Assembly (NCBI GenBank): GCA_040752695.1
Contig: JBFMGO010000112.1
Location: 1-19,728 of the forward strand
From: a bacterium
GTDB taxonomy: Bacteria; SZUA-182; DTGQ01
Length of the DNA: 19,728 nucleotides
Direction: 5' to 3'
Positions 17,457 through 19,728 of this stretch are shown here, piece by piece. Made by a program: the position numbers and the translations under genes. Each line of letters starts with the position of its first letter. The first letter of the stretch is position 1. Below the pieces are notes generated by a model. It had not been told where the DNA came from. It did no database searches and saw nothing but the letters and a program-made list of their open reading frames with translations.

Positions 17457-17508
17457 TCTCATCAATTCAAATCTCTCGACAATGCAACGACAATTCCAAA
17501 GGAATAAA

Positions 17509-17555
17509 CATAAAGGCAGGGTCAGCAGTGGCTCTGCCTTTATGCCTACTTTTTT
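17509..17555 (+). terminator. Intrinsic terminator between convergent genes
   Basis: CATAAAGGCAGGGTCA-gcag-TGGCTCTGCCTTTATG, a 16-bp stem with two G-U pairs, then cctacTTTTTT. Confidence 0.7.
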
Positions 17556-17597
17556 CGCTCTTATGCGAAAGACGACACCCCTCCTAAACAGAAATTT

Positions 17598-17656
17598 CCA
17601 TTTCAAAAAATGGACGATTACCATTTCAAAAATAGACGATTACCAATGGACGATGA
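17598..17656. repeat. Short tandem duplication spanning the barrel gene's stop codon
   Basis: ccatttcaaaaaatggacgatta / ccatttcaaaaatagacgatta / ccaatggacgatga. Confidence 0.75.
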
Positions 17657-18998
17657 GCGATGCATAGGCTGTATGCTCATGTATATCCTGTGAAAAATCG
17701 AGGTGTTGCAGGATGGAGTCTCCCACATCGTTCCCAAATCGGTATTGATAGGCGATATCGAAGACAAATCTCCCTGCCGCAATCCCTGTACCGAGGCTGA
17801 ACCCAAAGTAATCGTCGGGGCTTCCTTCGGCTGGCGCTGGATCGTAGAAAATGCCACCCCGCAATGGTACGATGTATTGGGGAGCTATCCAAAGATATTC
17901 AGCACCGATGCGTACTTGAGTGGTAGGACGGATATCCGACGTATGGAAAGACTGTCCACTGATAGGTGAGGTCTGATTTCCATTGGGATCGGTGAGTATA
18001 AACCTGTTCCATTCCGTCCGGTAAATATCAACCGAAGCGGTAAATTCATCACAAAACCGATAAGCGATCCCGACCCCATAAGAGGCGGGCATGTCCAGCT
18101 TTTCTGTCTGGATCGAAGGCTCTTGGGGTGCCTGGCTTTCAGAGCCGGAAGTGGTGCTGTAAAACCGGGATTCCCTGTGCAGGTCGGCCTGAAAGGGAGT
18201 TTTGAAAACTGCTCCTATGGTCAGGTGCTTGTCAGCTTTCCATAAAACCCCGCAATGAGCATTCATGCCGCTGAGTGAAAACCGGTCTATGCTGCGTACT
18301 TCAAAGGAGGAGGTTTGCCCGTCGTGGGTATAGGTGCCCTCCTGGTGTGTCGTTTTTTTCCACTCGTTGCGGTAGAGCCCATCTTCCCAGATATTTACGG
18401 TCAATCCAAGGGAAAGATCCGGAATAACCTGAATGCAATAGGCAATTCCATGGGCAAAAAGGTTCCCCTCCTGATGACAATCAACGTTTTGATTTATGGG
18501 CAGGCCATCGTCAGAGTTCGATTTCAGAGGAAATTTCCAGTGCCGGGTGAAATCGAAGAGGTTTTGATAGTTCAAAGAGATAATCATGTTTCGGTTCCGA
18601 AAGGTGAAAGGGCAGGCTGCACTCAGGTAATTGATCTGGCTCTTTGAGACATCCGCGGATGATTCGGAACCGGACGATTCGGGGGTTGTTCCGAATGTAT
18701 TCTCCTCCCTGCGGTGGAAGGCAGCTCCCACCAGGGAGATTTCGGGATGTTTGAGCTGGATGAGGCCGCCTGGATTCCAGGATGCGGCGGTGGCATCATC
18801 TGCAACGGCAATGAATGCTCCACCCATCCCGAGTGCCCTCGCACCTGAGCCGACAGGGTTCCACGAGGAAGGAATCTCAATCTTCGTGTCGTAATCAGCA
18901 CCAAAGGCAGGATAGAAAAGGCTGCTGCAAACGCCAACAAGGAGGAGACAGAAAACAGCAACCAAAAACTTTCGAGCTGGATAAAGGCAGTGATTCAT
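17640..18998 (-). CDS. OmpP1/FadL-family (PorV-like) outer-membrane beta-barrel protein
   Basis: Signal peptide; hallmark PVGSGARALGMGGAFIAVADDATAASWNPGGL; later DMPASYGVGIAY, RIGAEYL, PLRGGIFYDP, FDIAYQYRFG; C-terminal Trp. Confidence 0.88.
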   Translation of the reverse strand: MNHCLYPARKFLVAVFCLLLVGVCSSLFYPAFGADYDTKIEIPSSWNPVGSGARALGMGGAFIAVADDATAASWNPGGLIQLKHPEISLVGAAFHRREENTFGTTPESSGSESSADVSKSQINYLSAACPFTFRNRNMIISLNYQNLFDFTRHWKFPLKSNSDDGLPINQNVDCHQEGNLFAHGIAYCIQVIPDLSLGLTVNIWEDGLYRNEWKKTTHQEGTYTHDGQTSSFEVRSIDRFSLSGMNAHCGVLWKADKHLTIGAVFKTPFQADLHRESRFYSTTSGSESQAPQEPSIQTEKLDMPASYGVGIAYRFCDEFTASVDIYRTEWNRFILTDPNGNQTSPISGQSFHTSDIRPTTQVRIGAEYLWIAPQYIVPLRGGIFYDPAPAEGSPDDYFGFSLGTGIAAGRFVFDIAYQYRFGNDVGDSILQHLDFSQDIHEHTAYASLIVHW

Positions 18999-19075
18999 CT
19001 GTACGTCTCCAATGTTTTGGACCCGATAAATATATAAAATTATACATTATCGAAAAGGAATAGTTCAATTTGATC

Positions 19076-19132
19076 TTTCAGGCTGGTAAAATTTTAAAAA
19101 TTTTTTGAAAGATTCTTCTCTCCCGATTGTCT
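19076..19132 (+). promoter_or_regulatory. Short third copy of the module core with putative ECF promoter (copy D)
   Basis: tttcaggctggtaaaattttaaaaattttttgaaagatt matches copies B/C; TGAAAGA 19106-19112, 15-nt spacer, TGTC 19128-19131; similarity ends after the TGTC. Confidence 0.6.
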
Positions 19133-19728
19133 CTGAAGTTAAAATGCTTCTCTTCGGGAAAAAGTGTGCCGATATCCTTACACCAGATCAGCGCTTCGAG
19201 CATTCTCCATCACAGTAAAGCATCTTTACCCGGAACCATGGACAAACGGTGCCGCTTTTGTTTTCCTGATCGCAAGGCCGGTAACAGCCATTCCTGCTGG
19301 GATTTTTTACGGGACATGACTAGAAAAGGATCTTTGTCCCGTATATGAGCGTACACATCTTAAGGTAGCATCTTCTTTGCATATGCTCTTGGTAGTCCTT
19401 GTATTTATTTTTATACGGTATTGTGTTTGATGGCAGTTGAAATCAGTTTCGCAACGGAGCTCTTCAGCAAGGATGGGAATAAGCCGCAGTATATCAGGAA
19501 GGCACCGTGAAAGAATCCGGCTGTCCTTTCCCGATCAGGACCGGCAGGTATTTACGTCGCGTAGTTTTTTCACCCTTAGAGAAGAACAAAGGCCCCTTAA
19601 GGAAGGGGGCGCCAAGGAAGGAGGATCCTTTTATGGCCCGCCGTTTTTATCGCAAGTGTGTCAAGTGTGGCAAGATCTACGATATCAATAAACACATCCG
19701 TAACTGTGAATGCTCTCAAGAGGGGTTG

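Noticed and set aside
295..19691. Numerous 60-180 aa ORFs overlapping the main genes or at the right end
   Set aside because: Antisense or alternate-frame shadows of well-supported genes (e.g. 295-477 lies within the AlkD-like gene) with no recognisable motifs.

Overview
Bacterial genomic DNA from a diderm organism (it encodes an outer-membrane beta-barrel and a lipoprotein). The left end carries two minus-strand genes: an AlkD-family DNA alkylation repair protein that runs off the edge and a small conserved protein. Next is a plus-strand four-gene cluster: an ECF sigma factor; a soluble zinc-finger (HxxxCxxC) anti-sigma; a membrane-anchored CHAT (caspase-like) protease with an intact His/Cys dyad and an extracytoplasmic CsgG-like domain; and a TPR/Ig-like/CsgG-like lipoprotein. 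Then come exported proteins: a 1743-aa protein with 12 NHL repeats, a tandem active and inactive C13/caspase-fold pair and a CFI-box tail; a CxxCH-containing protein; a MopE/TSP3-repeat protein; and a FadL/PorV-like barrel. The strongest non-coding signal is TGAAAGA-N15-TGTC, found four times with identical spacing: just after the sigma gene, ahead of two exported-protein genes (inside a ~410-435 bp duplicated leader), and at the right end. It is a candidate promoter for the local sigma factor. Together these suggest, by inference only, a trans-envelope signalling system in which a caspase-like protease releases an ECF sigma factor whose regulon lies next door. No rRNA, tRNA, CRISPR array or transposase was recognised. 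All domain calls are motif recognition by eye; no database searches were run.
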